Part shown: one piece after another, positions 10,573 to 20,417 of the stretch
How the letters are laid out: every line of letters starts with the position of its first letter
How positions within the stretch are numbered: the first letter of the stretch is position 1
Assembly: GCA_034521615.1 (NCBI GenBank)
Contig: JAXHME010000017.1
Span: 6,728 to 70,727 of the forward strand
Length of the DNA: 64,000 bases
DNA from: Halobacteriales archaeon
GTDB taxonomy: Archaea; Halobacteriota; Halobacteria; Halobacteriales; Hikarchaeaceae
Direction: 5' to 3'
The notes under the pieces: generated by a model
Told to the model about the DNA's origin: nothing
Database searches by the model: none
What the model saw: the letters and a program-made list of their open reading frames with translations, nothing else
Position numbers and translations under genes: made by a program

Positions 10573-11468
10573 CCGTCGTCCTCCTCGTCGGCCGCGGCCA
10601 TCTGCTCGACGAGCGCCTCGGCCTCGGCCTCGATCTCCTCGTCGAGGGCCGCGGGCTCGTCGGCCGGCTCGTCGGCGTCGTCATCGGCGGTCGGGGCGGG
10701 CTCCTCGTCGAGCTCCTCCTCGACCACCTCCTCGTCGACGACCTCCTCCTCGACCGCGTCGACCGCCTCCTCGACGGCGGCGGCCTCGTCGGCCGCGTCG
10801 TCGGCGGTCGGCGCCGGGGCCTCGTCGTCGGGGCCCTCGATGGCGTCCTCGACGTCCTCGCCGTCGCCGTCCGACTCGTCGACGATACGGAAGTCGTCGG
10901 GCAGGTCGGCGTCCGGCGGGATGATCATCACGTTCACGCCGATCGTGCCGAGCTTCATGACCGAGACGCCCTTGCCCCGGTCGACGATGGTCTCGGCCGG
11001 CTCGCCGTTGTGCTTGACGTAGCCGTCGGTGAACTTCTCGACCCGGCCGCGGTTGCCCGTGACCTTGCCCGAGAGGACGATCTCGGCGCCCAGCGCGCCG
11101 GCGTCCATGATCCGCTCGAGCGTCACGTGGCCCGCCTTCCGGAAGTACCAGCCGCGCTCGAGCGCGTTGGCCAGCCGGTCGGCGACGATCTGGGCGTTGA
11201 GGTCCGGCTCGTCGACCTCCTGGACGTCGATCTGCGGGTCGTCCAGGTCGAAGCGGTTCTCGAGCTCGGAGGTGATCGCGCGGATGTTCTTCCCGCCCTT
11301 GCCGATGACCATCCCCGGCTTCTCGGCCTTGAGCACGATCTGGGTGCCCATCGGCGTCTTCGCGAGGTCCATGCCGCCGTAGCCGGCGCGGGCCAGCTCG
11401 GAGGCGAAGAACTCGTCGATCTGCGAGCGCTGGAGGCCGTCCTCGATGAACTGGAGCTCGTCGGCCAT
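10569..11468 (-). CDS. rps3: 30S ribosomal protein uS3 with a long acidic C-terminal tail
   Basis: Internal ATG 11466-11468. [63 protein letters not shown]... (KH domain). Confidence 0.95.
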   Translation of the reverse strand: MADELQFIEDGLQRSQIDEFFASELARAGYGGMDLAKTPMGTQIVLKAEKPGMVIGKGGKNIRAITSELENRFDLDDPQIDVQEVDEPDLNAQIVADRLANALERGWYFRKAGHVTLERIMDAGALGAEIVLSGKVTGNRGRVEKFTDGYVKHNGEPAETIVDRGKGVSVMKLGTIGVNVMIIPPDADLPDDFRIVDESDGDGEDVEDAIEGPDDEAPAPTADDAADEAAAVEEAVDAVEEEVVDEEVVEEELDEEPAPTADDDADEPADEPAALDEEIEAEAEALVEQMAAADEEDDG

Positions 11469-11929
11469 TACTCGGCCACCTCCTCGAGCACGAGTTCGAC
11501 GTCGACCTCGGGCGTGTTCCACTCGTCGACGGTGCCGAACGCCCGGGGGTTCCGGCCGCGGCGCTCGCCGACCTTGTGGGCGGCGACGTGCTTGATCAGC
11601 ATCTCCTCGCCGATGAAGCCCTGGTCGTCGGCGTTGCCGACGCCGTTCTCGATCAGGTCGAGGAAGGCCTTCGAGGCCTTCTGGGGGTAGCGGCCCGCGT
11701 CCCAGCCCTCGATGTCGTCGCGGTGGCCGACGCCGGAGTTGTGGCTCCGGAACGGCACCGAACGGTCGCCGGCGATCACGGCCTCGAGGTACTCGACGGC
11801 GTCGGCCGCCGTCATGCCCTTGATCTCGCGCGCGATCTCCTTCGAATGCTTCGGGCTGATGGGTCGCTCCCTGAGCATCGCTTTCGCCGTGGTGTCGGGG
11901 TCGGTGTCGACGGAGTAGCTGATGCCCAT
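11468..11929 (-). CDS. rpl22: 50S ribosomal protein uL22
   Basis: 153 aa, MGISYSVDTDPDTTAKAMLRERPISPKHSKEIAREIKGM... Confidence 0.96.
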   Translation of the reverse strand: MGISYSVDTDPDTTAKAMLRERPISPKHSKEIAREIKGMTAADAVEYLEAVIAGDRSVPFRSHNSGVGHRDDIEGWDAGRYPQKASKAFLDLIENGVGNADDQGFIGEEMLIKHVAAHKVGERRGRNPRAFGTVDEWNTPEVDVELVLEEVAE

Positions 11930-11930
11930 G

Positions 11931-12353
11931 TTATTTCAGTGGTACGAACTTCGAGGAGCGGGTCGCGCCGATGCCGGCCTGCCCGTGCTCGACGTCGGTC
12001 CGGGTCAGCTGGAACTCGCCGAGGTAGTGCCCGACCATCTCGGGGTCCACCTCGACGCGCTCGAACGACTGACCCGTGTAGACGGCGAACGTCTTGCCGA
12101 CGAACGACGGGAGCACCGGCATGTCGCGCAGGTGCGTCCGGATCGGGTTCTCGGCGGTCTCCTCGGGGGTGCGCTCGGCGGCCGTCTCGAGGAGCTTCTC
12201 GTGCTCCTCGGAGAGGCCGCGCTCGATGCTCCGCCGCAGGCGGGCGGGTAGCAGTGCCGCGACTTCGTCGACGCTCAGCTCCTGCAGCTCCTCGATCGTG
12301 TGGCCGCGGTAGGTGAACTCACCCTCCTGGCCGGTGCGGTAGTCGGTGCTCAT
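11931..12353 (-). CDS. rps19: 30S ribosomal protein uS19
   Basis: 140 aa, ...[44 protein letters not shown]... Confidence 0.96.
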   Translation of the reverse strand: MSTDYRTGQEGEFTYRGHTIEELQELSVDEVAALLPARLRRSIERGLSEEHEKLLETAAERTPEETAENPIRTHLRDMPVLPSFVGKTFAVYTGQSFERVEVDPEMVGHYLGEFQLTRTDVEHGQAGIGATRSSKFVPLK

Positions 12354-13066
12354 TTGCTCCCTCCCCTGCCCGTCCGTCGCGAGCTGATGGCGCCGACCTT
12401 GGCGCCGGGCGGCGCGTCGCGAGAGACGGATTTCGGTCGGCCGGGGTGCTGCCGGCCGCCGCCGCCGAACGGGTGGTCGACGGCGTTCATCGCCACGCCG
12501 CGCACCCGGGGATACTTCGTCCCCCGCGCGCGCATCTTGTGGTGCTTCTTCCCGGCCTTGACGAACGGCTTCTCGGTCCGGCCGCCGCCGGCGACCACGC
12601 CGATGGTGGCGCGGCAGTCCGGCGACAGGCGCTTGATCTCCCCGGAGGGGAGCTGGACGATGGCCGCCCGTCGGTCGTGGGTGATGAGCGTCGCGTTGAC
12701 GCCCGACGCCCGGGCGAACTTGCCGCCGTCGCCGGCGCGGGACTCCACGTTGCAGACCGGGACCCCCTCGGGGATCTCGGCCAGCGGCAGCGTGTTGCCC
12801 GCCTCGATCTCGGCGGAGATGCCGACCTGGATCTCGTCGCCCACGCCGATGCCCTCGGGCGCGAGCACGTAGCGCCGGTCGCCGTCCTCGAACGCCACGA
12901 GCGCGACGGGCGCGCTGCGGGCGGGGTCGTGCTCGATGTCGACCACCTCGCCCGAGATCGTGTCGTCGGACTTCGGGTGGCTCAGCTCGGCCTTGTACCG
13001 GTGGGAGGGCGCCTGGAACGTCGAGCCGCCGCGGCCACGTCGCTGGCCCTGGATGCGTCGACCCAT
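12350..13066 (-). CDS. rpl2: 50S ribosomal protein uL2
   Basis: 238 aa, [31 protein letters not shown]...[20 protein letters not shown]... Confidence 0.97.
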   Translation of the reverse strand: MGRRIQGQRRGRGGSTFQAPSHRYKAELSHPKSDDTISGEVVDIEHDPARSAPVALVAFEDGDRRYVLAPEGIGVGDEIQVGISAEIEAGNTLPLAEIPEGVPVCNVESRAGDGGKFARASGVNATLITHDRRAAIVQLPSGEIKRLSPDCRATIGVVAGGGRTEKPFVKAGKKHHKMRARGTKYPRVRGVAMNAVDHPFGGGGRQHPGRPKSVSRDAPPGAKVGAISSRRTGRGGSK

Positions 13067-13067
13067 C

Positions 13068-13331
13068 TCAGAACACCCCGATCCGTGAGGCGATGTCCTG
13101 GGCCTCGTCGTCCTCGGAGAGCCGGACGAGCGCCTTCTTCTCGCCCTTCATGGTGATCATCGTGTTGACGGACACGACGGTCACGTCGTAGCGATCCTCC
13201 ACGGCGTCGGCGATCTCGGGCTTGGCGGCGCCGAGGTCGACGACGAACGTGAGCGTGTTCTCGAAGTCCATCGCGTCCATCGACTTCTCCGTGATGATGG
13301 GGTGGCGGACCACGTCCCCGGTGGCGGTCAT
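13068..13331 (-). CDS. rpl23: 50S ribosomal protein uL23
   Basis: Internal ATG 13329-13331 of the long artefactual track ORF 13068..15002. [40 protein letters not shown]... Confidence 0.95.
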   Translation of the reverse strand: MTATGDVVRHPIITEKSMDAMDFENTLTFVVDLGAAKPEIADAVEDRYDVTVVSVNTMITMKGEKKALVRLSEDDEAQDIASRIGVF

Positions 13332-14071
13332 CGGTCGGCCACCTCCTCGAGCGCGTGCTCGGTCCAGACCGTCAGGCGGCCGGCGTGGGTGCCGGGCGCC
13401 AGGTCCTCGGCCGAGACCTCCCGGCCCGTCGTCACGGTGGCGCCCGCCAGGTTGCGGGCGGCCCGCGACGGCGCGCCGCCGGTCACGAACAGGACCGAGC
13501 TCGAGCGCTTGTGTTTCCGGCCCCGGGTCGTCCCGCGGCCGGCGCGCACCGAGGCGTCCTCGGCGCGCTCGACGTCGCCGTCGAGGCCGACGGCCTCGAG
13601 GAACGAGACGACCTCGCGGGTCTTCTCGAGCCCCTCGAAGGCGTCGTCGACGACGACCGGGAGCTCGAGGCCCTCCGGGAACCGGTGGCCCCGGCCGGCG
13701 ACGAGCTCGGGATCCGCGGTCGCCGCGATGGCGCTGCGGATCGCCAGTTTGCGCTCCTGGTCGTTGATCTTCATGCTCCGGTCGGCCTCGGCCTTCGGCG
13801 GGTGGGCCCGCCGGCCGCCGACCGCGTGCGGGACGCGCCGCGCCCGGCCGTTCGACCGGGGGACGTGCGCCAGGCCCCGGCCGCTGCCGAGGGATTCGGC
13901 GGACGTGCGCTTGCCGGCGAACGCGTCGGCCCCGTAGGGCTGCTTCGCGTTCGCCTGGGCGGCGACGACCGCCCGCTGGATCAGGTCCGGTCGGTACGCG
14001 GCCTCGAAGGCCGCCGGGAGCTCCACGCTGCCCGCCTCGTTGCCGTCGGTGTCGATGAGTGTGGCCTGCAT
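13328..14071 (-). CDS. rpl4: 50S ribosomal protein uL4
   Basis: 247 aa, [47 protein letters not shown]... Confidence 0.96.
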   Translation of the reverse strand: MQATLIDTDGNEAGSVELPAAFEAAYRPDLIQRAVVAAQANAKQPYGADAFAGKRTSAESLGSGRGLAHVPRSNGRARRVPHAVGGRRAHPPKAEADRSMKINDQERKLAIRSAIAATADPELVAGRGHRFPEGLELPVVVDDAFEGLEKTREVVSFLEAVGLDGDVERAEDASVRAGRGTTRGRKHKRSSSVLFVTGGAPSRAARNLAGATVTTGREVSAEDLAPGTHAGRLTVWTEHALEEVADR

Positions 14072-14074
14072 GGT

Positions 14075-15088
14075 CTACCCCTGGTCTGACGACGTGGAGA
14101 CGAACCGGACCTCCGGGTCCAGCTGCGGTTGGCTCGTCGGGCGCACCGCGGGCCGGAAGCGGACGAGCCGCTTCTTCGGCCCCGGCAGCGAGCCCTCGAT
14201 CAACGCGTACGCGCCGTCGACCTCGCCGTAGTTGACGAAGCCGCCGTCGGGCGAGGCGTCGTCGCCGTCGCCCATGGCGATGAGGCGCTTGTTGAGCTCG
14301 GTGCGCTGGTGGTACCCCGTCTGTCCCTGCTGGGGCACCGTCGAGCGCACCCGGCTCGGGTGCCACGGGCCGAGGTTGCCGATCCGGCGGCGTGCGCCCT
14401 GGCGGCCGTGTTTGCCCTTGCGCTTCTGGACGCCCCAGCGCTTGACCGGGCCCTGGGTGCCCTTGCCCTTCGTGACCCCGCTGGCGTCGACGTACTCGCC
14501 CGCGCGGAAGACGTCGCCCATCGAGTGGGCGCCGTCCCCGAGCAGCTCGAGCGCGTGGTCGAGGCGCTCCGCGACGGCCCCGCCGCCGACCCGCGTCTCC
14601 ATGACGTCGGGCTTGCGGCGCGGGACGCTCGAGAGCGCCCCCGGGGCCGTGTGCGTGATCAGTCGGATGTCGGCGAGGTCGCCGGCCTCGGCGGCCTCGC
14701 GGATCTGTTCGGTCGCGGCGTCGGGGTCGTGGTCCTCGGGGACGGCGAGCGCGCGGCCGAGGTCGGGGTGGACGTCGTCGGTCCACGCCTCGGTCAGCGG
14801 TCGTCGGCCGTAGGCGGTGTCCTCGTACGCCCGGACGGCGACGGCGTGCATCGGCGGCGTCTCGACGATCGTGACCGGGACGGTCTCCTCCATCCCGGCC
14901 CGCGGCGACGACGCCGTGTCGTTGACGAGGACGACGTGCGTCATCCCCGCCTTGTAGCCGGCGAAGCCCTGGAGCGACGGCTGTCCGTCGTCCCCGGGCC
15001 ACGCGTTGAAGCGCGGCACGGGGTCGGTCGCCCGCTTGCGTGGCCCGAAGGCCAGAGACCCTTTCCGTGGTCGGTGTGGTTGTGGCAT
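14075..15088 (-). CDS. rpl3: 50S ribosomal protein uL3
   Basis: 337 aa, MPQPHRPRKGSLAFGPRKRATDPVPRFNAWPGDDG...GFAGYKAGMTHVV... Confidence 0.97.
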   Translation of the reverse strand: MPQPHRPRKGSLAFGPRKRATDPVPRFNAWPGDDGQPSLQGFAGYKAGMTHVVLVNDTASSPRAGMEETVPVTIVETPPMHAVAVRAYEDTAYGRRPLTEAWTDDVHPDLGRALAVPEDHDPDAATEQIREAAEAGDLADIRLITHTAPGALSSVPRRKPDVMETRVGGGAVAERLDHALELLGDGAHSMGDVFRAGEYVDASGVTKGKGTQGPVKRWGVQKRKGKHGRQGARRRIGNLGPWHPSRVRSTVPQQGQTGYHQRTELNKRLIAMGDGDDASPDGGFVNYGEVDGAYALIEGSLPGPKKRLVRFRPAVRPTSQPQLDPEVRFVSTSSDQG

Positions 15089-15092
15089 TCGT

Positions 15093-15923
15093 TCACTCCT
15101 TGAGTGTCAGGGTGGCGAGCGTGGCGAACATCGCTTCCTCCGTTCGCACCGTCTCGCTGCCCTGGTCCGGAATCGTGTTGAGCCAACGGTCGAACCCGGT
15201 CCCGTCCGGGCCGTCGGTCGCGCCCGGCTCGACGCCGAGTATCGCGGGCAGCCCCCGTCCGGGGGCGCCGAAGGCGACGGTACACCCGTCGCCGTGAACG
15301 CGCTCGACGAGCTCCCCCAGGCGCCCCACGCTGAGCGGGGTCCCCTGGCGGGAGGCCGCGATGCGGAGCCCCGCATCGGGCCGGTCGAGCGCCGCGGTCA
15401 GGTCCGTCCGGGCGACGGTCGGCCCCGGGAGGGGCTCAGCCGTCAGCCTGGCGCGAACCGGTCGTCGCGAAGAGACCCTGACGGCCACGCGCTCCCCCTC
15501 CGTCACCGACATCGCGTCGGGGACCAGGAGGGAGACCGGGTGTTGCAGTCCGCAATTGACCCGAACGCGCCCGTCAGATCCGACCTCGGTCACGATTCCC
15601 TGTCTTAACGACCCCGAACCGTTCGATCCGGAGCCGGCCCGTGGCGACACCCGAAGCGGGGGAAGGGTACCGGCGAACTGGAGCTCGCTTCGACGCCCCC
15701 AGACCTCCTTTCGGAGATAGGGCGGCGTCGTCGCGTAGCCCAGCACGGTGGCGACGAAGTCGCCACCCCACTCGCCCTCGCCAGAGGGGTCCGGGAACAC
15801 CACGAGGCGATCGACCCGGAAGACGGCCGCCGCGCGTGCGACGGTGCCGAGCTTCCGGGTGGCCGCGCGTTGATCCGGGGCCTCCCGAGCGAGCGACGAG
15901 GGGACCAGCACCGTTCGCGTCAT
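15093..15923 (-). CDS. Putative SPOUT-class RNA methyltransferase (the conserved first ORF of archaeal L3 operons)
   Basis: 276 aa immediately upstream of uL3 on the same strand. MTRTVLVPSSLAREAPDQRAATRKLGTVARAAAVFRVDRLVVFPD...NTIPDQGSETVRTEEAMFATL. Family assignment is from memory of this conserved gene position. Confidence 0.65.
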   Translation of the reverse strand: MTRTVLVPSSLAREAPDQRAATRKLGTVARAAAVFRVDRLVVFPDPSGEGEWGGDFVATVLGYATTPPYLRKEVWGRRSELQFAGTLPPLRVSPRAGSGSNGSGSLRQGIVTEVGSDGRVRVNCGLQHPVSLLVPDAMSVTEGERVAVRVSSRRPVRARLTAEPLPGPTVARTDLTAALDRPDAGLRIAASRQGTPLSVGRLGELVERVHGDGCTVAFGAPGRGLPAILGVEPGATDGPDGTGFDRWLNTIPDQGSETVRTEEAMFATLATLTLKE

Positions 15924-16085
15924 CCCGCGACGCTTGGGCGCCTCGCCACTAGACTGTGCCGTTCTTACCCGAAGGGTCCGTATAAGGATGGCGTTTCATC
16001 ACCGGCCTGTGAGCCGGTCACACGGGCCAGCGGACGGCGTCCGACCGGGCGTGGGGACCGAGCCTCGAGGGTCGGTTCCGGAAAT

Positions 16086-16094
16086 CTTTTATTC
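16086..16094 (+). promoter_or_regulatory. TATA-like element (CTTTTATTC) about 27-35 nt upstream of tRNA-Gly
   Basis: AT patch in an otherwise GC-rich spacer at the distance expected for an archaeal TATA box. Confidence 0.45.
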
Positions 16095-16120
16095 GTCTCA
16101 CGGGTTGGTTCCATCGCTGG

Positions 16121-16191
16121 GCGCTGATAGTGTAGTGGTATCACGTGACCTTGCCATGGTCACAACCGGGGTTCAAATCCCCGTCAGCGCA
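16121..16191 (+). tRNA. tRNA-Gly (anticodon GCC)
   Basis: Hand-folded cloverleaf: acceptor GCGCTGA/TCAGCGC, anticodon stem TGACC/GGTCA with loop TTGCCAT, T-arm CGGGG-TTCAAAT-CCCCG. No encoded CCA. Confidence 0.93.
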
Positions 16192-16746
16192 CTCCGCCAC
16201 CCTCTCCACCCCGATCTCGACCGACGGCTCGATCGGGATCGCCGACCCGATGGCGTGGCCGACCGGCGAGTGCGCCTCGGTCCACTCGACGAGCGACTCG
16301 AGCTGCTCGGCGGAGGCCTCCTCGGATTCGAGGCGGACGCTGAGTCGGACCGCCGTCGGCCCCGCAGGGATGTCGTCGTCCAGGCCGACCGTCCCCCGGA
16401 CGTCCGACTCGCTCTCGACGGTCACCTCGAGCGTCGACAGCTCGATGCCCCGCCGGGCCGCCTCGATCCGGATCACGGTGGCGTCACAGGCCGCGAGCGA
16501 GGCCCGCCAGTACCAGCCGGGGTTGGGCGCGGTCTCGGTGCCCCCGATGTGCGAGCCGTGGTCGGTCGCGACGGTCCAGTCGTTCGGGCCGTCAACCCGC
16601 ATGCGAAGGCCCTCCTCGAGGGTCGCCGTCGCGGGCGTGTCCGGCCCGCGCCCGAGCTCCGAATCGGCCTCGAGCCGGGCCTTGGTCTCCTCGACGGCTG
16701 CCCGGCTGCGCTCGTCGGACATGCCCTCGGGCTCGGCCGGGGGCAC
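16141..16746 (-). CDS. OsmC/Ohr-family peroxiredoxin-like protein
   Basis: 201-aa ORF, ...APNPGWYWRASLAACDATVIRIEAARRGIEL...LVEWTEAHSPVGHAI... Alternative start at 16722 (MSDERS). The last 17 codons plus the stop codon lie antisense to tRNA-Gly. Confidence 0.75.
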   Translation of the reverse strand: MPPAEPEGMSDERSRAAVEETKARLEADSELGRGPDTPATATLEEGLRMRVDGPNDWTVATDHGSHIGGTETAPNPGWYWRASLAACDATVIRIEAARRGIELSTLEVTVESESDVRGTVGLDDDIPAGPTAVRLSVRLESEEASAEQLESLVEWTEAHSPVGHAIGSAIPIEPSVEIGVERVAECADGDLNPGCDHGKVT

Positions 16747-16787
16747 GCTAAAGCTGTTTTCGGCCGCGAGAGCCGCCTACAGGGTGG

Positions 16788-17705
16788 TCAGCCCTCGACC
16801 GCCAGCGCGTCGGTGAGGAAGGTGACCTGTCGTTCGACGACCTCCCCGACCCACGGCTCGGTCTGGGGCCCGAAGTGGCCAGCCGGCACCCGATGGACGG
16901 TGGCGTCCGGGAGCCGCTCGGCGAGGCGCTCCATCGGCCCGATCGGGAGCAGCCGGTCCTCCTCGCCGATCACGATCTGGACCGGGACGTCGACCCCCTT
17001 GGCCTCCACGCCCGGCCGGTGGAACGGGAGGTCGAGGACCACCCGCGCCGGCATCCGATTGACGACCGTCGCCCCGTCGGGAACCAGCTCGAGGAACCCC
17101 TCCATGGCCCCCGGCGTGTCCACCAGCCCGCCCTCGTGGGGCTCGGAGACGATCGGGAGCTCCATCGGCCCGAGCCCGACCGTCCCGAGGAGCCGGTCCG
17201 CCAGGGCCAGCCCGAACGTCCGGGCACGCTCGATCGGGCCGAGGTGGGCGGTCTGGTGGGCCATCACCGCCCGGCCGTCGACGAACGGCACCATCGCCAC
17301 GACGGCCCGGACGGTCGGGTCGTCCCGGGCCACCAGGAGTGCGTTCCCCCCGCTGAACGAGCTCCCCCAGGCGGCGACCCGGGCGGCGTCGACGTCGTCG
17401 AGCGAGCGGACGTGGTCGATCGCCGCCCGCCAGTCGGCGAGCTGACGGCCAGGGTCGACCAGCCGGCGGGGCGTGCCCTCGCTCGTGCCGAAGCCGCGGT
17501 AGTCGAACGGCATCGCCGCGATCCCCGCCGACGCGAACTGCCGGGCGAACCGGTCGAGCCCCCAGGTCCGCGGCGCCCCGAAGACGTTGGCCAGCACGAC
17601 CGCGGGCCACGGGGGGTCGGCCGACGCGGGCCGGTAGAGGTCGGCCTCGCACGTCTCGCCGCCGCTCTCGAAGGCGACCCGCTCCGGCCCGGCCGGCGAC
17701 GACAT
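16788..17705 (-). CDS. Alpha/beta-fold hydrolase
   Basis: Start trimmed to ATG 17703-17705 (MSSPAGPERVAFESGGETCEADLYRP...). Nucleophile elbow WGSSFSGGN. C-terminal ...VPAGHFGPQTEP... Confidence 0.8.
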   Translation of the reverse strand: MSSPAGPERVAFESGGETCEADLYRPASADPPWPAVVLANVFGAPRTWGLDRFARQFASAGIAAMPFDYRGFGTSEGTPRRLVDPGRQLADWRAAIDHVRSLDDVDAARVAAWGSSFSGGNALLVARDDPTVRAVVAMVPFVDGRAVMAHQTAHLGPIERARTFGLALADRLLGTVGLGPMELPIVSEPHEGGLVDTPGAMEGFLELVPDGATVVNRMPARVVLDLPFHRPGVEAKGVDVPVQIVIGEEDRLLPIGPMERLAERLPDATVHRVPAGHFGPQTEPWVGEVVERQVTFLTDALAVEG

Positions 17706-17848
17706 GGGTTTCGGCCCTCGACACGGGGGTCGCAACTATAGCGTTTTTGGCCGTTCAGCGGGCCAACTCGCCGCTTCTCGGCGATTCGCGGCGTTGGCGC
17801 CGTCGCGGACACCCATACCTTTGCCCGACGGGCGCGTATCCCCCGCCG

Positions 17849-18160
17849 ATGACCGTCATCGCGCTGCTCAGCGTCGCCCCCGTGGTCGAGGGCTCGATGT
17901 CCGGCGAGGTCGCGAAGGCCGTGGCCGCCCTCGACGACTTCGACGTCGCCTACGAGACCAACCCGATGGGCACGGTGATCGAAGCCGACTCCGCCGACGA
18001 GCTGTTCGCCGCTGCCCAAGCGGCCCACGAGGCCGTCGACGGCGACCGAGTCAGCACGTTCCTGAAGGTCGACGACAAGCGGACGAGCCGGGACGGCGCC
18101 GCCGAGAAGGTCGCCTCGGTCGAGCGCGAGCTCGGCCGGCCGGCGCGCTCGGCGGAGTAG
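17849..18160 (+). CDS. MTH1187/YkoF-family (UPF0045) small protein
   Basis: Internal ATG 17849. MTVIALLSVAPVVEGSMSGEVAKAVAALDDFDVAYETNPMGTVIEADSADELFAAAQAAHEA... Confidence 0.75.
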   Translation: MTVIALLSVAPVVEGSMSGEVAKAVAALDDFDVAYETNPMGTVIEADSADELFAAAQAAHEAVDGDRVSTFLKVDDKRTSRDGAAEKVASVERELGRPARSAE

Positions 18161-18202
18161 CGGGACGCCCCGCTTTTATCCGGGCCCGACCGAGGGGCGG
18201 CC

Positions 18203-19119
18203 ATGGAACCCCTCAACCGGACGGCCACGGAGCTGGTCGACGAGGCCATCGACTTCGCCGACGAGCTCCGCATCGGCGTCCACCACCTCGAGAACGAGGC
18301 GGTGGTGCTCGACTTCGGCGTCGAGGCGCCGGGCGGCCTCGAGGCCGGCCTGCTGCTCGCCGAGCTGCGGACCGGCGGCCTCGCGACGGTCGCCACCCGC
18401 CACGGGCGGCTGGCGGGCGCCCCCAGACGTTCGTCGAGCTGTCGACCGACCACCCCGAGCTGGCGCTGCTCGCGAGCCAGCGGACGGCCTGGCGGCTCCC
18501 GGGCGGCGGCTGGGCGAGCGGGCCCGGCCAGCGGCTCCGCGACGGCGCCCCGGCGGTCCCCGGCGCCCCCGAGGAGACGTTCGACTTCGCGGTGCTGGCG
18601 GTCGAGGCCGCCGAGCTGCCCGATGCCGACCTCGTCGGCGAGATCGCGGCCGAGCTGGGCGTCTCGACCGCCGGGACGTTCCTCGCGGTCGCCCCCGCCG
18701 CCAGCGTCGCCGGCGCGACCGCGCTCGCGGCGGGCGCCGCGGAGGTGGCGCTGCACCGCCTCGAGCACCTCGGCGGCGACCCCGGGGCGGTCCAGGCGGC
18801 CACGGGCCGGGCGCCGATCCCCCCGGTCGCCGGCGACGAGGCCGAGGCCGTCGCCCGGGCGAACGACGCCGTGGCCTACGCCGGCCAGGCCCACCTGCTC
18901 GCCGACGGGCCCATCGACCGTGCCGCGGAACTCCCGTTCGGCGCGACCGACCACGCGGGCGAGCCCTTCGCGGCGCTGCTCGACGGCGTCGACGGCGACC
19001 TCGCCGCCCTCGAGGGCGCCTTCGCGCCGGCCGCGGTGACGGTCGACGTCGCCGGCGGCGCCTCGGCGAGCCACGGCGAGCTCGACGGGGCGCGGCTCGC
19101 CGACGCCTGGGGCCGATGA
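18203..19119 (+). pseudogene. mch: Methenyltetrahydromethanopterin cyclohydrolase homologue (mch), split over two frames at about 18420-18424
   Basis: N-terminal 74 codons in the frame of 18203 (MEPLNRTATELVDEAIDFADELRIGVHHLENEAVVLDFGVEAPGGLEAGLLLAELRTGGLATV...LAGAP). The text continues without a gap in the frame of track ORF 17704..19119 (QTFVELSTDHPELALLASQRTAW...). Either a pseudogene or a sequencing error. Confidence 0.85.
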
Positions 19120-19614
19120 GGCGCAAGCCGCTCCCGCCGCCGCCCGACGACCTGGCATCGCTCCGAACGGCCCAGGCCGCCGTGCCGCTGGTGGCCAGCT
19201 CCGAGGAGGACTGCTGCGCCCGCCTCCAGGGCCGGCTCGACCTGCCGGCGCGGGACACCGCCGCGACCTGGCTCGACTTCCTCCGCGGGCTCGGGCTGGC
19301 CGAGGAGGGCCCCTCGGGCTTCTCGCGCGTCCGCGTCGAGCCCGGTGACGCCGAGCTCGCCGAAACGTTCCTCGATCGGGTCTACGGCGCCCGCGAGGTC
19401 CGCGAGGAGCTCGCCGACGCCGACGAGCCCGATCGACGCGGCGACCGTCGCCGAGCGGACGGCCGAGCTCGTCAGCCCGTGGGAGCGCCAGCGCGACGGC
19501 CCCGACTGGCCGGCGGTCTGGGAGGCCCGGACCGAGGACCTGCTCGGCTGGCTCGTCCTGCTGGACCTCGCCGAGCGCTCGGGGGCGAGCTACACGGCGA
19601 CCGGGACCGACTGA
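19116..19614 (+). pseudogene. Hypothetical protein, frame-broken at about 19428-19431; start overlaps the mch stop (ATGA)
   Basis: The frame of 19116 (MRRKPLPPPPDDLASLRTAQAAVPLVASSEEDCCARLQGRLDL...ELADADEP) continues in the frame of track ORF 19345..19614 (IDAATVAERTAELVSPWERQRDGPDWPAVWEARTEDLLGWLVLLDLAERSG...). Confidence 0.6.
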
Positions 19615-19646
19615 CTTTTCGACCGCTGACCCATACGACCGGCCGG

Positions 19647-20318
19647 ATGGACGCCGTCCTGTTCGACCTCGACGACACGCTCTGTGCCTACCGCCGCCCC
19701 GGCCGCGAGCTGCTGGCGAACGCGTTCGACACCGTCGGCGTCGACCCGGTGTTCGCCATCGAGGACTACCACGCGGTCTTCGACGAGTACGCCGGGACGG
19801 CCGAGACGATCGACGCCCAGCGCGAGGCCTGCTTCGAGGCGCTCGCCGAGGGGGCCGGCGCCGACCCCGCGGTGGGCCGGGCCGTCGCCCGGGCGTTCGC
19901 GGCCGACCGCGACCAGGGCAACGTCGAGCTGCTCGAGGGCGCCCGAACCGCGCTCCACGCCCTGGCCGCCGACCACCGGCTCGGCATGGTCACCAACGGG
20001 GCGCCGGGGATGCAGGCCCAGAAGCTCGACTCGCTGGGCATCCGCGACCGCTTCGAGACCATCGTCCACGGCGGCCACGACGCGCCGTCGAAGCCATCGC
20101 CCGAGCCGTTCCACCGGGCGCTCGAGGCCCTCGAGGTATCGCCCGACCGAGCGGTCCACGTCGGGAACTCCCTCGAATCCGACGTCGCCGGCGCGCAGGC
20201 GGCCGGGCTCCGGGCGGTCTGGCTGCGGAACGGCGAGGGGCCACCGAGCGACCTCGAGCCCGACGTCACCATCGACGCGCTCGGCGAGCTCGTCGACCGG
20301 CCCTGGTTGGCCCGCTGA
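19647..20318 (+). CDS. HAD-superfamily hydrolase
   Basis: Internal ATG 19647 in track ORF 19116..20318. MDAVLFDLDDTLCAYRR... (DxDxT), ...MVTNGAPGMQAQKL..., ...SKPSPEPF..., ...VGNSLESDVAGA... Confidence 0.88.
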   Translation: MDAVLFDLDDTLCAYRRPGRELLANAFDTVGVDPVFAIEDYHAVFDEYAGTAETIDAQREACFEALAEGAGADPAVGRAVARAFAADRDQGNVELLEGARTALHALAADHRLGMVTNGAPGMQAQKLDSLGIRDRFETIVHGGHDAPSKPSPEPFHRALEALEVSPDRAVHVGNSLESDVAGAQAAGLRAVWLRNGEGPPSDLEPDVTIDALGELVDRPWLAR

Positions 20319-20331
20319 CGCGGGCGAGCCC

Positions 20332-20355
20332 CGACACCGGCCAGGAGCGGTGTCG
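20332..20355. terminator. 8-bp perfect hairpin (CGACACCG-N8-CGGTGTCG) between convergent genes
   Basis: Read directly. Lies in the 99-nt spacer between the HAD gene (+) and the GTPase gene (-). A terminator role is inferred only. Confidence 0.35.
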
Positions 20356-20417
20356 CGGATGCGGATACCGTCAGGGACGCGCCGGTAGCGGCGAGTCCCG
20401 CGAGAAACGAACCGACC

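Noticed and set aside
10569-10900. Internal near-duplication in the uS3 acidic tail ([11 protein letters not shown]... / [12 protein letters not shown]...), and the acidic, HhH-containing extension of eL32.
   Set aside because: Low-complexity acidic tails and the eL32 extension are ordinary features of haloarchaeal ribosomal proteins. There is no evidence of anything beyond replication-slippage expansion.
3317-15002. N-terminal extensions of many ribosomal-protein ORFs as given in the track (uL15, uL30, eL32, uL6, uS8, uS14, uL24, Rpp29, uS3, uL23).
   Set aside because: In every case an internal ATG sits 0-4 nt from the upstream gene's stop and begins the canonical protein N-terminus. The extra upstream text is Arg-rich read-through overlapping the neighbouring gene.
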